This document shows, piece after piece, positions 18,817-28,419 of a DNA stretch of 64,000 nt. The DNA comes from a virus (lineage: Duplodnaviria > Heunggongvirae > Uroviricota > Caudoviricetes). Each line of letters starts with the position of its first letter. Positions within the stretch are counted from its first letter, which is position 1. The DNA lies in the IMG/VR virus record IMGVR_UViG_2645727901_000008. One strand, written 5' to 3'. The position numbers and the translations under genes were made by a program. The notes beneath the pieces are model-generated. The model was not told where the DNA came from. It made no database searches and saw nothing but the letters and a program-made list of their open reading frames with translations.

Positions 18817-19505
18817 TCCAAGCTATGCATGAAGTGAATTTATATAGCCGTATTGATGGTTCTGGCTACAGAAACATATGGGTAGTTGGTGATCTGCATG
18901 GTTGCTACACCAGACTGATGTCCGAACTCCATCGTGTGGATTTTGACCCGGCGCAGGATTTACTGATATCGGTTGGCGACCTTATCGATCGCGGTACTGA
19001 AAATGTCGAATGTCTGGAACTATTACAGATGCCCTGGTTCAGGGCAGTAATGGGGAACCATGAGCGGTTGATGCTTGATGCGTTAAGTCCTGATGGCAAC
19101 GTGAATAACTGGCTAATGAATGGCGGACAATGGTTCTTCATGCTGGACACTGATCAGGAAATATTAGCCAAGGCGCTGGTGGAGCTGGTAAAGCGTCTGC
19201 CATATATCATTGAGTTGAACACCGGACATGAAACTATCGTTATAGCCCATGCCGACTATCCAGGTGGAGAGTACCAGTTCGGTAAGGATGTATCGCTTTT
19301 TGATGTTGTCTGGTCGCGCAGTCGCGTCGGTGATTCGATAGATGGCATTGGTGGAGAAATCACAGGCGCAGATCGCTTTATCTTTGGGCACACACCGGTA
19401 CGAAGACCAAAAGCATACTGGAATCAGCACTACATAGACACGGGCGCGGTTTTTTGTGGAAATCTGACGCTAATGCAGGTGAAGGGAGGGCAGCTTAAAG
19501 TCTGA
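18813..19505 (+). CDS. ppp: Ser/Thr protein phosphatase (lambda PPase / P1 Ppp-like metallophosphatase)
   Basis: GDLHG, GDLIDRG and GNHE metallophosphatase motifs; ATG at 18813 with GAGAAGG RBS. Confidence 0.8.
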   Translation: MIQAMHEVNLYSRIDGSGYRNIWVVGDLHGCYTRLMSELHRVDFDPAQDLLISVGDLIDRGTENVECLELLQMPWFRAVMGNHERLMLDALSPDGNVNNWLMNGGQWFFMLDTDQEILAKALVELVKRLPYIIELNTGHETIVIAHADYPGGEYQFGKDVSLFDVVWSRSRVGDSIDGIGGEITGADRFIFGHTPVRRPKAYWNQHYIDTGAVFCGNLTLMQVKGGQLKV

Positions 19506-19530
19506 TCAAATCATTTACGCACTCAAAATG

Positions 19531-19560
19531 CGTTAGAACATTGATTTTAGTTTTCTAACA
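19531..19560. promoter_or_regulatory. Palindromic site CGTTAGA-N16-TCTAACA followed by TATTAT, upstream of the 19603 gene
   Basis: Read from sequence. Confidence 0.5.
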
Positions 19561-19602
19561 TATTATTTTACCACTCGGAACAAAACAGAGTCGGTATGCA
19601 TT

Positions 19603-20598
19603 ATGAGTGCAATAATCACCCCATATGTCGTAAATGAAACTGGTGTGGCTGTCTTTCCGGTAGACAAGCCCACCAGCAACTACATCGGCGCAGGTCGCCG
19701 TTTCATTATCTCACCACTTCCGCGAGAACAGGCTGAAAACACTCCAGATGGCGTAGTGGATCTGAATTATTCGCTGGTTGCCAACCAGTCGCTGAAACCA
19801 TTTTTTCAAAGCGAGCGCGTATTTAACGCGTTAGGCGGTGAAGATTCGCTTGTTCATTGGGTAAGTTCCAATATCCACGATTGCCAGGCGCACGATAAGC
19901 GCGATTGCAGCCACCAGCTAACCACTCATTTCTATAACGGCTCTGCCGTTCGCCTGTGCTGGAAGCATGATGCGGAATACATGATGAAGGGGTACAGCAA
20001 GCTGGACGACCAGTTATCCCTGAATCGCGCCAACTGGGTTATGAACTGGGCTGCGAGCGAGTTAAAACTACCGCCAGAACGCGATCTGAGCATGGTTGAA
20101 CTCACTTTTTGGGCCATTCGCCGGAATCTGAAAGATGAGCTGCCAGATGAAGCCGGGCGCATTGCATTTTGTCAGCCAAAAACTGAAATCCCTACCGGTA
20201 CGCTGAAAGAATCAGATATCACCTGGGAGCACAGTACCCGCGAGCTGGTGGACATAACCGCAGAGCAGATCGTCAACCTGTCTGTAGATGAGGATTCCGG
20301 CCTGCTTTATATGCGCCGACCAAAAGCGGTCCTCGGTAAAAGCCCAGCTTATCTCCGGTTTGTGGTTTCTCGTCCGTGCATCGGATGCGGTGGCAAAGTT
20401 AACCACCCGTTCATGTACCGCGCCCGCTCGTTAAACGAACACGACCGCTGGGCTGTTCCTCTTTGTGATGACTGCGCCAGAAGCGCAGAACACGATGTCC
20501 GGGCATGGGAAAAAGCACATGGCATACGCCTTTATGTAGCCGCTAACCAGCTTTTCGACTTCGCCATCGAGCGCGGAGTGATCACGTTCAATAACTGA
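19603..20598 (+). CDS. Hypothetical protein (331 aa) with Cys-rich C-terminus
   Basis: Long ORF; CIGCGG...CDDC motifs. Confidence 0.5.
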   Translation: MSAIITPYVVNETGVAVFPVDKPTSNYIGAGRRFIISPLPREQAENTPDGVVDLNYSLVANQSLKPFFQSERVFNALGGEDSLVHWVSSNIHDCQAHDKRDCSHQLTTHFYNGSAVRLCWKHDAEYMMKGYSKLDDQLSLNRANWVMNWAASELKLPPERDLSMVELTFWAIRRNLKDELPDEAGRIAFCQPKTEIPTGTLKESDITWEHSTRELVDITAEQIVNLSVDEDSGLLYMRRPKAVLGKSPAYLRFVVSRPCIGCGGKVNHPFMYRARSLNEHDRWAVPLCDDCARSAEHDVRAWEKAHGIRLYVAANQLFDFAIERGVITFNN

Positions 20599-20611
20599 TG
20601 GGAACAACGCA

Positions 20612-20911
20612 ATGAGTCAAGGTAACGGTGGTGGAGCTGCAAAGTGCAGAATCTCCACTTGTTTGATTAATGGCAGAAAAATAGAACCGTGCGCGGCGCT
20701 GGCACAATCTCTGGAGCAGGATGCTGAATACACGACGCGAAAAGGCCTGCTGAAATACAAAGTCTATAACCATGAATTAATTCATTCACAGGACCTGATC
20801 ATGCTGCGGTCTGGTGAATTTTCTAAATCGCCTATTCGAGTTTCATTTTGCCCATTCTGTGGTGAAAGTCTGAAAACGTGGGAAGCGGAGGCAACCAGTG
20901 AGCAAAATTAA
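20612..20911 (+). CDS. Small Cys-containing protein (paralog of 22405-22667)
   Basis: Shares C-terminal FCPFCGESLKTW...EATSE with the paralog. Confidence 0.45.
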   Translation: MSQGNGGGAAKCRISTCLINGRKIEPCAALAQSLEQDAEYTTRKGLLKYKVYNHELIHSQDLIMLRSGEFSKSPIRVSFCPFCGESLKTWEAEATSEQN

Positions 20912-21356
20912 CTATCAAGAACTGCGCGAGGCGGCGGAACAGGCAACGCAAGATGAATGGGTAGCATATATTTTGCCGGGTCATAACGGCATTTATCCTG
21001 CGCGCACGTCTGAAGGTAGGCATTGCGGATACTTTATTGACTGGCCTGGCATTGATGGACAAAGGAATGCTGGTGCTAATGCCCGTTATATCGCGGCTAT
21101 CCCACCAAAAGTTGCACTGTCACTCCTAGGCGAAATTAAGCGCCTGGAGGACAAAAATATTGATGCCATGTGCCAAATTGCAGAGCTGGAGAGCAATCGC
21201 GCGGCGCTGGCGGCGGAGCATGGTATTCAGATTGCAATAAATGAACTGCTTGCTCTGGCCCCGCGTCTGGATAAACGAGCGATGGATGCACTCTCTGTGG
21301 CTGTGGAGCACCTGTGTAAACTGATTAAGAAGGAGGCAGTCAGTGAGCAAAATTAA
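20898..21356 (+). CDS. Ead/Ea22-like protein
   Basis: N-terminal MSKINYQELREAAE signature shared by three paralogs. Confidence 0.55.
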   Translation: MSKINYQELREAAEQATQDEWVAYILPGHNGIYPARTSEGRHCGYFIDWPGIDGQRNAGANARYIAAIPPKVALSLLGEIKRLEDKNIDAMCQIAELESNRAALAAEHGIQIAINELLALAPRLDKRAMDALSVAVEHLCKLIKKEAVSEQN

Positions 21357-22023
21357 TTACCAGGCACTGCGTGAGGCGGCAGAAAAAGCACTACATGGTG
21401 AATGGGGTTACGAGGCAGGGGCAATCTGGAATACCTGTGATAGCGGCTATGTTCAGCACATGGCAGCGGTCGAGACTGGCGATGATGTTAGCGATGAAGA
21501 GCATATGAGCAATATGCGTTTTATCACGCTCGCCACGCCAACTGTTGTTCTTGGATTGCTTGATGAGCTTTCTGAAGCTAAAGCTGCCGAAGAGAATGAG
21601 TCCAGTTGTGCTAACAGCGTTATCGACATCGCTATCAACTGGCAGATGCGAGCCAAAGATGCAGAAGCCAAGCTGGAAGCCGCAGAGAAGCGCATTGCGG
21701 AACTGGAAACAAAAGCGAACCAGCAAACCAGAATAAGCGATAAGAATCTGACCAGGCTGATTGCCGATGCTGACAAAATGCTGGGTATGCGTTCGCCGGT
21801 TATAGACAGCGAGTGGTGGACGCTTTTACGGCAGTTCCTGATTGAACTTCAGGATCGCCGCAGAAACAGCATTTCTGAATCTGGAATCCGTGCTGAAACC
21901 CTGAATGATTTAATCCGACATATTGACAGAAACCTGGATATTGACGCGATGAAATCGCCGTTTGAACTGTCATCTGAAATTGTGGATTACGTTAATAGGC
22001 AACTGCACAAGGAGAATTCGTAA
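21343..22023 (+). CDS. Ead/Ea22-like protein (226 aa)
   Basis: MSKINYQALREAAEKA N-terminus; coiled-coil middle. Confidence 0.55.
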   Translation: MSKINYQALREAAEKALHGEWGYEAGAIWNTCDSGYVQHMAAVETGDDVSDEEHMSNMRFITLATPTVVLGLLDELSEAKAAEENESSCANSVIDIAINWQMRAKDAEAKLEAAEKRIAELETKANQQTRISDKNLTRLIADADKMLGMRSPVIDSEWWTLLRQFLIELQDRRRNSISESGIRAETLNDLIRHIDRNLDIDAMKSPFELSSEIVDYVNRQLHKENS

Positions 22024-22242
22024 TGCAGGTGGCATTTGTTGGCCTGTTACCGCATCCGATCCGCCTTTGGGCGGATATGTCACTCATAAAAACGCATTTT
22101 TTTACTACTGATGGCGGCATTCCGGCACCAAAGCGCCGTCATACCGGTATTGCAGCGGCACGACGAGCAGCAAAGAGACGCAGGAGAGCAAAGCGATGAA
22201 AAACCGTAAAGCAAATAAAGTGGCAAAACAGGAGGCGGCGCA

Positions 22243-22404
22243 GTGAACCAGCAAACCAGAATAAGCGATAAGAGCCTGACCAGACTGATTGCCGATGCGG
22301 ACAAGGTGCTGGAGCGGAACACACCCGTTGCCGATGAGGAATGGTGGCAGGATTTCCGGGCTGCAATGCTGGAACTTCAGGAACGTCGTCGGGAGGAGTT
22401 GAAG
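22243..22404 (+). pseudogene. Remnant of an Ead/Ea22-like C-terminal segment (about 150-bp imperfect direct repeat of 21717-21870)
   Basis: DNA and translation (NQQTRISDKSLTRLIADADK...) repeat the C-terminal part of ORF 21343-22023. Confidence 0.4.
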
Positions 22405-22667
22405 TGAGTGAATTAAAGTGTCGAATTAATGGCAATCAGATAGAACCGTGTGCGGTACTGGCAAAAGCACTCGAATATGGAAATCCAGCCTTTAAGAGTA
22501 AAGGCATATTTATCCCGGAACGCGTGAATATAAATACCGGCGAGCCAGGCTTAGACATTGCTCAAATTCACTCCGGCCAATATGTCGGTCGTGGTGTTGC
22601 CATGTGTTTTTGCCCGTTCTGTGGTGAAAGTCTGAAAACATGGAAAAAGGAGGCAACCAGTGAGTGA
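22405..22667 (+). CDS. Small Cys-containing protein (paralog of 20612-20911), probable GTG start
   Basis: Paralogous C-terminus; the longer ORF-track start overlaps the remnant. Confidence 0.45.
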
Positions 22668-23214
22668 AGTTAACTATCAGGCACTGCGTGAGGTGGCAGA
22701 GGCCGCGAAGGGGGATACGACGTGGCAGAACCTACAGGCTTTTCATGCTGCGGCAACGCTGGAGGTTGTGCAGGCGTTGCTGGATGAAAACGAAAGACTG
22801 TGTCGCGATCTGATAGCTCGTAATGGTGAGATTGAAGGGCTTCGGGAGTGGGCAGAAGAACTGGAGGCACGGGAAGTGGCTTTGCCAGTAGCGTCATGCA
22901 TTGTTGAAGATGGATGCATGTGTGTTGATGGGTTCAGTGAGTATGTAGGTCACTCGCTACCTGATGGAATGCATGAGCTTTATGCTGCCCCACCAGCGTC
23001 GGTAGTGCCGGAAGGACTAGTTAAAGCAGTGCGTTTCTATGAACAGGTAAAGTGTGAGAATCCGCCAGTCGAAACCGGAGCATGGAAAGACGCTATTGAC
23101 TGGGTGCTCAAAGAGGCTTGCCAGGCTGTAAACATTGGCATCAAAGGAGAGAGATATGGCAACTTTAACAAAAAAAGAACAAGCATGGTTGAACGAATTA
23201 CAGGACGTTCTTGA
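22660..23214 (+). CDS. Ead/Ea22-like protein (184 aa)
   Basis: MSEVNYQALREVAEAA N-terminus. Confidence 0.55.
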   Translation: MSEVNYQALREVAEAAKGDTTWQNLQAFHAAATLEVVQALLDENERLCRDLIARNGEIEGLREWAEELEAREVALPVASCIVEDGCMCVDGFSEYVGHSLPDGMHELYAAPPASVVPEGLVKAVRFYEQVKCENPPVETGAWKDAIDWVLKEACQAVNIGIKGERYGNFNKKRTSMVERITGRS

Positions 23215-23419
23215 TCGCTGTCCGTCACCGAAAAAAATAGGCTTTTACACCATTGGCGATAAAAACATTTACCTGTATGACCTACGCCGCATGGATGTAA
23301 TCATGGAGGCTCTTGATAATCGTTCGTCGATGGATTGGTGTGCTGCTGTCCATGATATGAATGCCGGATTTGATGAAACGATTTTGTTCCCCTCATCAGT
23401 TGAAAGCACTGCGGGTTAA
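23135..23419 (+). CDS. Hypothetical small protein
   Basis: ORF in packed array; start uncertain. Confidence 0.35.
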   Translation: MASKERDMATLTKKEQAWLNELQDVLDRCPSPKKIGFYTIGDKNIYLYDLRRMDVIMEALDNRSSMDWCAAVHDMNAGFDETILFPSSVESTAG

Positions 23420-23429
23420 GGAGTAACAC

Positions 23430-23813
23430 ATGACCACTATTACCAAAGAACGTATTGAATTGTTCATTAAAAATCCGCTTGAAAACGGACTTACCCGTGG
23501 CGAACAAATGGAACTGGCACGAATTGCACTGGCCTCGCTTGAGGCAGAGCCAGTTGGTGCATTCCACATTGCTGAACAGCAAGTTGACGGCACAAGTGAC
23601 TACATCAAGGATGGGGAGTGGCCTATTGATAATGGGACAATTGAAGTCTACGCCGCCCCGCCAGTACCGGTAGTACCTGCTGCATTACCTGAGAACGACG
23701 ATGAGGACGGGCAGGACATTGATTATCTTGAGCCATCTGAAGTTTACGCGCTTGGGCGAACAGCTGGCTGGAACGCCTGCCGTGCTGCCATGCTTAAGGG
23801 AGATAAATCATGA
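23430..23813 (+). CDS. Hypothetical protein (127 aa)
   Basis: ORF in packed array. Confidence 0.45.
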   Translation: MTTITKERIELFIKNPLENGLTRGEQMELARIALASLEAEPVGAFHIAEQQVDGTSDYIKDGEWPIDNGTIEVYAAPPVPVVPAALPENDDEDGQDIDYLEPSEVYALGRTAGWNACRAAMLKGDKS

Positions 23814-24181
23814 TTAATCGTACCAAGCTGGAGCACATCCTCGAATATGCCAGACAGCAGAAGCGCTTTGGTCAGCATTGCAAAATTCCGCCAGGAGATA
23901 TGGTTGAAATCGTGGAGATTGCCATGCGTAAGGCTGGCAACTATCCGGTAACTCCGGATAGTTGGATAAGCTGTAGTGATCGAATGCCTGAAAAGGGCCA
24001 GAACGTGCTTATTTCGGTGAATTTCGATAGCTCTCTGGTTGAACCGCTAATATGCTCCGCACGCTATACCGGAAGCACCTTTCGGCGCGGAGATGCAACG
24101 ATTAAGCCGGGTAATGGTATTGAGCAAGCAACTCACTGGATTCCGCTACCGGAACCGCCGCAGGAGGTTAACCGTGGCTAA
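23810..24181 (+). CDS. Hypothetical protein (123 aa)
   Basis: ORF with stop/start overlap. Confidence 0.45.
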   Translation: MINRTKLEHILEYARQQKRFGQHCKIPPGDMVEIVEIAMRKAGNYPVTPDSWISCSDRMPEKGQNVLISVNFDSSLVEPLICSARYTGSTFRRGDATIKPGNGIEQATHWIPLPEPPQEVNRG

Positions 24182-24455
24182 CCTGCAACTTGCCGTCAAA
24201 GGTGAATACTTCGATGCCATGATTCGCGGGGAGAAAACAGAAGAATATCGCCTGTGTAATGACTACTGGAATAAGCGAATTATGTTCCGGGAATATGACC
24301 GCCTGATTATCACAAAGGGATATCCGAAGCGCGACGATTCCAGTCGCAGAATAGACGTCCCGTATAACGGATATGAAATCAAGACAATCACACATCCGCA
24401 CTTCGGTGATAAACCGGTAAAGGTGTTCGCGATAAAAGTGAAGATTAATAGCTAA
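24174..24455 (+). CDS. ASCH (PUA-like) domain protein, GTG start
   Basis: GTG at 24174 preceded by GGAGG; translation VANLQLAVKGEYFDAMIRGEKTEEYR has the shape of an ASCH domain. Confidence 0.45.
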   Translation: MANLQLAVKGEYFDAMIRGEKTEEYRLCNDYWNKRIMFREYDRLIITKGYPKRDDSSRRIDVPYNGYEIKTITHPHFGDKPVKVFAIKVKINS

Positions 24456-24478
24456 ATTTCAATTAACACGGAGTAATT

Positions 24479-24772
24479 ATGTGGCGCGGTAATAATCATG
24501 GCGGAAGCCAGATGATACTTACCGAATATACGTTCGACCCCAAAACCTATAAATCACGTTCAGTATATTTGCTTCGGCACAATAGCCGCGTAAGGAATAC
24601 CGTGCTGGAGCAAAATCTGACCGTTGAAATGGATAATTTTGGGAACTTCAAGCCAACAATTGCGCTTGATGATTTTCCGCGTGGTTTAAGCGAAAGAGAA
24701 GCAATGCTGAAATTAGCAGAATGGCTACAAAGATTAAGCATTGCTATTGAAGATAACTGGTCTGAACCTTAA
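24479..24772 (+). CDS. Hypothetical protein (97 aa)
   Basis: ORF in packed array. Confidence 0.4.
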   Translation: MWRGNNHGGSQMILTEYTFDPKTYKSRSVYLLRHNSRVRNTVLEQNLTVEMDNFGNFKPTIALDDFPRGLSEREAMLKLAEWLQRLSIAIEDNWSEP

Positions 24773-24778
24773 ATTTAT

Positions 24779-25153
24779 ATGATGACACTAAAACATTTTC
24801 TTGACCGCCCATTATGGGCGGCAGCCGCAGGCTATGATTTTAATTATATGGATTGCATGTCTTATACTGCCAATGCATACGACCATTCGTTCAGCCTGCT
24901 GTTTAATTCTTTAAGAATATTGCCGGAAACAGAAGTTGGAGAGCTTCATTTATGGCTATTGGGTTTTATCGCGGCTGTCGTTGGTATTGCTGTATGGCCT
25001 TTTATTTTCTGGCTGGTGGCTGTTGTAGTGTGGTTTAAGTGCAAGACATACCGGAAAAAGTATTTCTTAGGTGATGGAATGACTGATATTGCCAAAATGA
25101 ACATTGAAAAATGGACTAAGGAATGTGAAAAGAAATGGCGCAAAAAGAAATGA
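24779..25153 (+). CDS. Hypothetical membrane protein (124 aa)
   Basis: Hydrophobic stretch LWLLGFIAAVVGIAVWPFIFWLVAVVVWF. Confidence 0.45.
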   Translation: MMTLKHFLDRPLWAAAAGYDFNYMDCMSYTANAYDHSFSLLFNSLRILPETEVGELHLWLLGFIAAVVGIAVWPFIFWLVAVVVWFKCKTYRKKYFLGDGMTDIAKMNIEKWTKECEKKWRKKK

Positions 25154-25758
25154 CCAGAATCACTGAAGAGCGTATATCAGAGATTATTTCCCGTATCGAA
25201 ATGTATGGTCACGGAGCTGGATATACGGCAGATGAAGTATTGGAAATAGCCCAGCAGATGCTGGCCTTGAGACAAAAAGAGCAACATGAAAGTAATACGT
25301 GTAGATTGAATTTTGAGCAGTGGCTGGAACAGCAACGCGGGAAAATCGATGTGGACTGTGGTTGTGTGTCCACTGAAACATTCATGCACTGGCTGCGGGT
25401 AGCTTACGAGGCTGGCAACTATCCGGATATTCCGGATAGTTCGGCGCAAGCACCAGGGAAGGGGGGGTTCCCCGGAGAGCGGATCCGAATTAAGCCGCAT
25501 GTTTACCGTGAACTGGTTAACCGCCTCCACGATACAGCGATCAAGTGTGCTGGCACCCAGCAATTACGGGAAAGAATTAGCCGCGTTTTGGGCGAAGTTA
25601 TTACACCAGATCGTCATAAACAAGCCGAGAAAAGCGGCCTGGAAAGGAGTCATCTTGAGGCGGCATTAAACATTAAACCGGGGCATACGCTAGGTGTCAT
25701 TGATGCCATGTTGGTTCATGAAATGGCTAAGGCGTTATTGCCACTGGAGGCTGATTAA
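25135..25758 (+). CDS. Hypothetical protein (207 aa) sharing a segment with ORF 16419-17042
   Basis: HVYRELVNRLHDTAIKCAGTQQLRERI resembles HIYRELVNALRDVAIECHGTDQLRARL. Confidence 0.45.
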   Translation: MAQKEMTRITEERISEIISRIEMYGHGAGYTADEVLEIAQQMLALRQKEQHESNTCRLNFEQWLEQQRGKIDVDCGCVSTETFMHWLRVAYEAGNYPDIPDSSAQAPGKGGFPGERIRIKPHVYRELVNRLHDTAIKCAGTQQLRERISRVLGEVITPDRHKQAEKSGLERSHLEAALNIKPGHTLGVIDAMLVHEMAKALLPLEAD

Positions 25759-25821
25759 ATTCCGGATAAAGCTGATATCTGATCACCATGCTAAAATCCC
25801 CTCAATTCACAGAGGGGATTT

Positions 25822-26094
25822 TTGTATATGTTGCGTAGATTTTTAGGTAAAAGCGTTATTGTCGGTGCGATGTTGGCTATGTCTGGGTGTGCTATGGTGC
25901 AATACAATGACGGAGAAAAGGTTAGCATCCAGTCAGATGGTTGGTATGGCCTGGATAGCCTGCAAAAAACAGCGGATAAAGCCTGCCAGCAATACGGAAA
26001 GTCTAAAGCCGTATATCAGCATAGCGCGAACGCTAACCCTCATCTTGCGCCCGGTTCGGGTGTTCAGAATACCATCTGGAAATGTGAGCCTTAA
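25822..26094 (+). CDS. Small lipoprotein
   Basis: Signal peptide with lipobox-like LAMSGC. Confidence 0.5.
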   Translation: MYMLRRFLGKSVIVGAMLAMSGCAMVQYNDGEKVSIQSDGWYGLDSLQKTADKACQQYGKSKAVYQHSANANPHLAPGSGVQNTIWKCEP

Positions 26095-26096
26095 AC

Positions 26097-26345
26097 ATGA
26101 GCGACTGGAATATTGCAGCCAAAAGTCAGGAAGAACGGGATAAGGTTAACGTAGATCTGGCTGCCAGCGGTGTGGCGTACAAAGAGCGATTGAACATACC
26201 AGTCATAGCGGAACAGGTGGCCAGGGAACAACCTGAGCACTTGCGTGCATATTTCATGGAAAGACTACGTTATTACCGCGAGCAGAGCGTGAAACTACCA
26301 AAAGGAAGTGATCCGGTATATCAAAAGGCAGATCCACAAAAATAA
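26097..26345 (+). CDS. hot: Hot (homolog of DNA polymerase III theta subunit)
   Basis: [36 protein letters not shown] closely matches E. coli HolE. Confidence 0.8.
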   Translation: MSDWNIAAKSQEERDKVNVDLAASGVAYKERLNIPVIAEQVAREQPEHLRAYFMERLRYYREQSVKLPKGSDPVYQKADPQK

Positions 26346-26420
26346 GCCTTTTCAATAAGCTATATCACCACCAGCTAAAAAATACATTCTGACTTGCATG
26401 AAATGCGCCCTTTAGCGATA

Positions 26421-26440
26421 TACTGTATATAAACACAGTA
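26421..26440 (+). promoter_or_regulatory. LexA (SOS) box TACTGTATATAAACACAGTA upstream of humD
   Basis: CTGT-N8-ACAG consensus read from sequence 17 bp before the humD ATG. Confidence 0.65.
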
Positions 26441-26456
26441 TTTAGGAGGGCGTATA

Positions 26457-26849
26457 ATGGGATTCCCATCACCAGCAGCCGATTTTGCTGAAAGCAGAAT
26501 TTCGCTTGACGCACAATTCATCAAACGACCAACCGCAACATATTTCATGCGGGCCGCCTGCTCACATCTCCGTGAGGGGATTTTGCAAGGTGCAATGCTG
26601 GTGGTTGATTCATCTCTTCCACCACTGGATGGTTCTCTACTCATATGTGCCGTAGAGGGAGAATTTCGCGTAAAGCGATACCGCAAGCATCCTCGCCCAC
26701 ACCTTGAGGATCTGGAAAGCGGAAGACGTGAGTCACTGCCAGATGATGATGACAGCAGCTATTCCGGGAGTCAGGCCATATTCGGGGTAATCACATACAT
26801 CATTAACGATGCCAGGAGTGGGGAATTTGATGATTGCCCGGTGATTTAA
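26457..26849 (+). CDS. humD: HumD (UmuD-like SOS mutagenesis protein)
   Basis: MGFPSPAADFAESRISLD N-terminus and LexA/UmuD-type C-terminal domain; position upstream of phd-doc as in P1. Confidence 0.85.
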   Translation: MGFPSPAADFAESRISLDAQFIKRPTATYFMRAACSHLREGILQGAMLVVDSSLPPLDGSLLICAVEGEFRVKRYRKHPRPHLEDLESGRRESLPDDDDSSYSGSQAIFGVITYIINDARSGEFDDCPVI

Positions 26850-26921
26850 GCTGCAAAGAGCTGGTGCTTTATGCTTGTGAAGTTTATACTTGTGTACACA
26901 TAACGAGTACACGAGGTGTTT

Positions 26922-27143
26922 ATGCAATCCATTAACTTCCGTACCGCGCGTGGCAACCTTTCTGAAGTGCTCAACAATGTTGAAGCCGGGGAAGAGGTTG
27001 AAATCACCCGCAGAGGCCGTGAGCCAGCAGTAATTGTCAGCAAGGCTACTTTCGAAGCCTACAAAAAAGCGGCGCTGGATGCTGAATTTGCATCCCTGTT
27101 TGACACCCTGGACTCCACCAACAAGGAACTGGTTAACCGATAA
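26922..27143 (+). CDS. phd: Phd antitoxin
   Basis: [39 protein letters not shown] matches P1 Phd as I recall it; ATG at 26922 with GAGG RBS. Confidence 0.9.
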
Positions 27144-27523
27144 TGAGGCATATATCACCGGAAGAACTTATTGCGCTTCATGATGCGAATATAAGCCGCT
27201 ACGGCGGCCTGCCGGGAATGTCAGATCCGGGTAGGGCAGAGGCCATTATCGGGAGAGTTCAGGCCAGAGTTGCCTACGACGAGATCACCGACCTTTTCGA
27301 AGTCTCCGCCACCTACCTGGTGGCTACGGCGAGAGGGCATATATTCAATGATGCCAATAAGCGTACCGCGCTAAACAGTGCGCTGCTATTTCTACGCCGT
27401 AACGGTATACAGGTATATGATTCTCCCGTGCTGGTGGAACTTGCGGTGGGGGCCGCAACTGGTGAAATCCCCGTATCTTCAGTAGCGGAAAAACTACGTG
27501 AATTATTTGGTTCCAATATTTGA
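27143..27523 (+). CDS. doc: Doc toxin (Fic-family kinase)
   Basis: [39 protein letters not shown]... matches P1 Doc as I recall it; start overlaps phd stop. Confidence 0.9.
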
Positions 27524-27526
27524 AAA

Positions 27527-27555
27527 GAAGCCCGCTCAACCAGGCGGGCTTCCTA
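27527..27555. terminator. Hairpin GAAGCCCGC-N8-GCGGGCTTC between convergent doc and minus-strand gene
   Basis: Inverted repeat read from sequence; weak U-tract. Confidence 0.35.
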
Positions 27556-27606
27556 CTATCACTCAATGATTTTTTCTGCTGTCAGCCAGCTAATTCGGTG
27601 ATGTTT

Positions 27607-28413
27607 TTAGGCGTCAGCATCAGCATCCTCCGCTACCTCTGCTTCCACATCAGCCACGGCTTCATCGGACGGTTCTTCTTTGGCCTGATCTGCAATCGCC
27701 GCACGGCATTTCGCCCTGGCTGTAGCGATTGCTTCAGCTCGCACATCATCAGGAATCGTTGACGTGATATACATATCCACTTCTTCGGCGCGGAACACTG
27801 TTTGGTCCAGATATTCGCGTAGCATCCAGGTAAATTCGAAATCACACGCGATAATCTCTGCGCTACCTTCTGCACCATTTGAGAAATGAATAAATGCCTG
27901 TTTAGCCAAACCGATAACACGACATGCGGTTGCCAAAACAGCGACAACTAGGTTTACATTTTCACACGCTACGGGCTGATTAACGCCGGAGATTACTCCA
28001 TTTAACTGTCGGTTATATGGAAGGTAGTTTGAGATGCGTTCTACGCGCCATGTGCCAGTCAGGCTGCCATTTTTAAATATAATTGGTGTAACGGATAGCC
28101 CAAGCTCGCGTATAAGTCGTTGCGCTATAGCAGGATCATTAAACAGGTCTAATGCTATACATTCGAAAGACTGCGCAAGGGCAAACAGTTCTTCCAGAGA
28201 GTAGTCTTTGCCCCTGGCGGTGATGTAACGACGAACGCCGCTGTCTGCATCACTCCATATAGCTACGCCATGCTCTTCATTCAGCACTTCATTAAAGCCG
28301 AGATACGTCATGATAGTGCGTTCAATCGTGTCAAACGGCAGTGACATGTCGGCGTTAACAGCCACCAGCAGGCCATTACGCAAGCGGTATTGAATTGTTT
28401 TGGTGCTTTCCAT
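27607..28413 (-). CDS. Hypothetical protein (268 aa) with acidic C-terminal tail
   Basis: Long ORF; C-terminus EEPSDEAVADVEAEVAEDADADA. Confidence 0.45.
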   Translation of the reverse strand: MESTKTIQYRLRNGLLVAVNADMSLPFDTIERTIMTYLGFNEVLNEEHGVAIWSDADSGVRRYITARGKDYSLEELFALAQSFECIALDLFNDPAIAQRLIRELGLSVTPIIFKNGSLTGTWRVERISNYLPYNRQLNGVISGVNQPVACENVNLVVAVLATACRVIGLAKQAFIHFSNGAEGSAEIIACDFEFTWMLREYLDQTVFRAEEVDMYITSTIPDDVRAEAIATARAKCRAAIADQAKEEPSDEAVADVEAEVAEDADADA

Positions 28414-28419
28414 GTCAAA

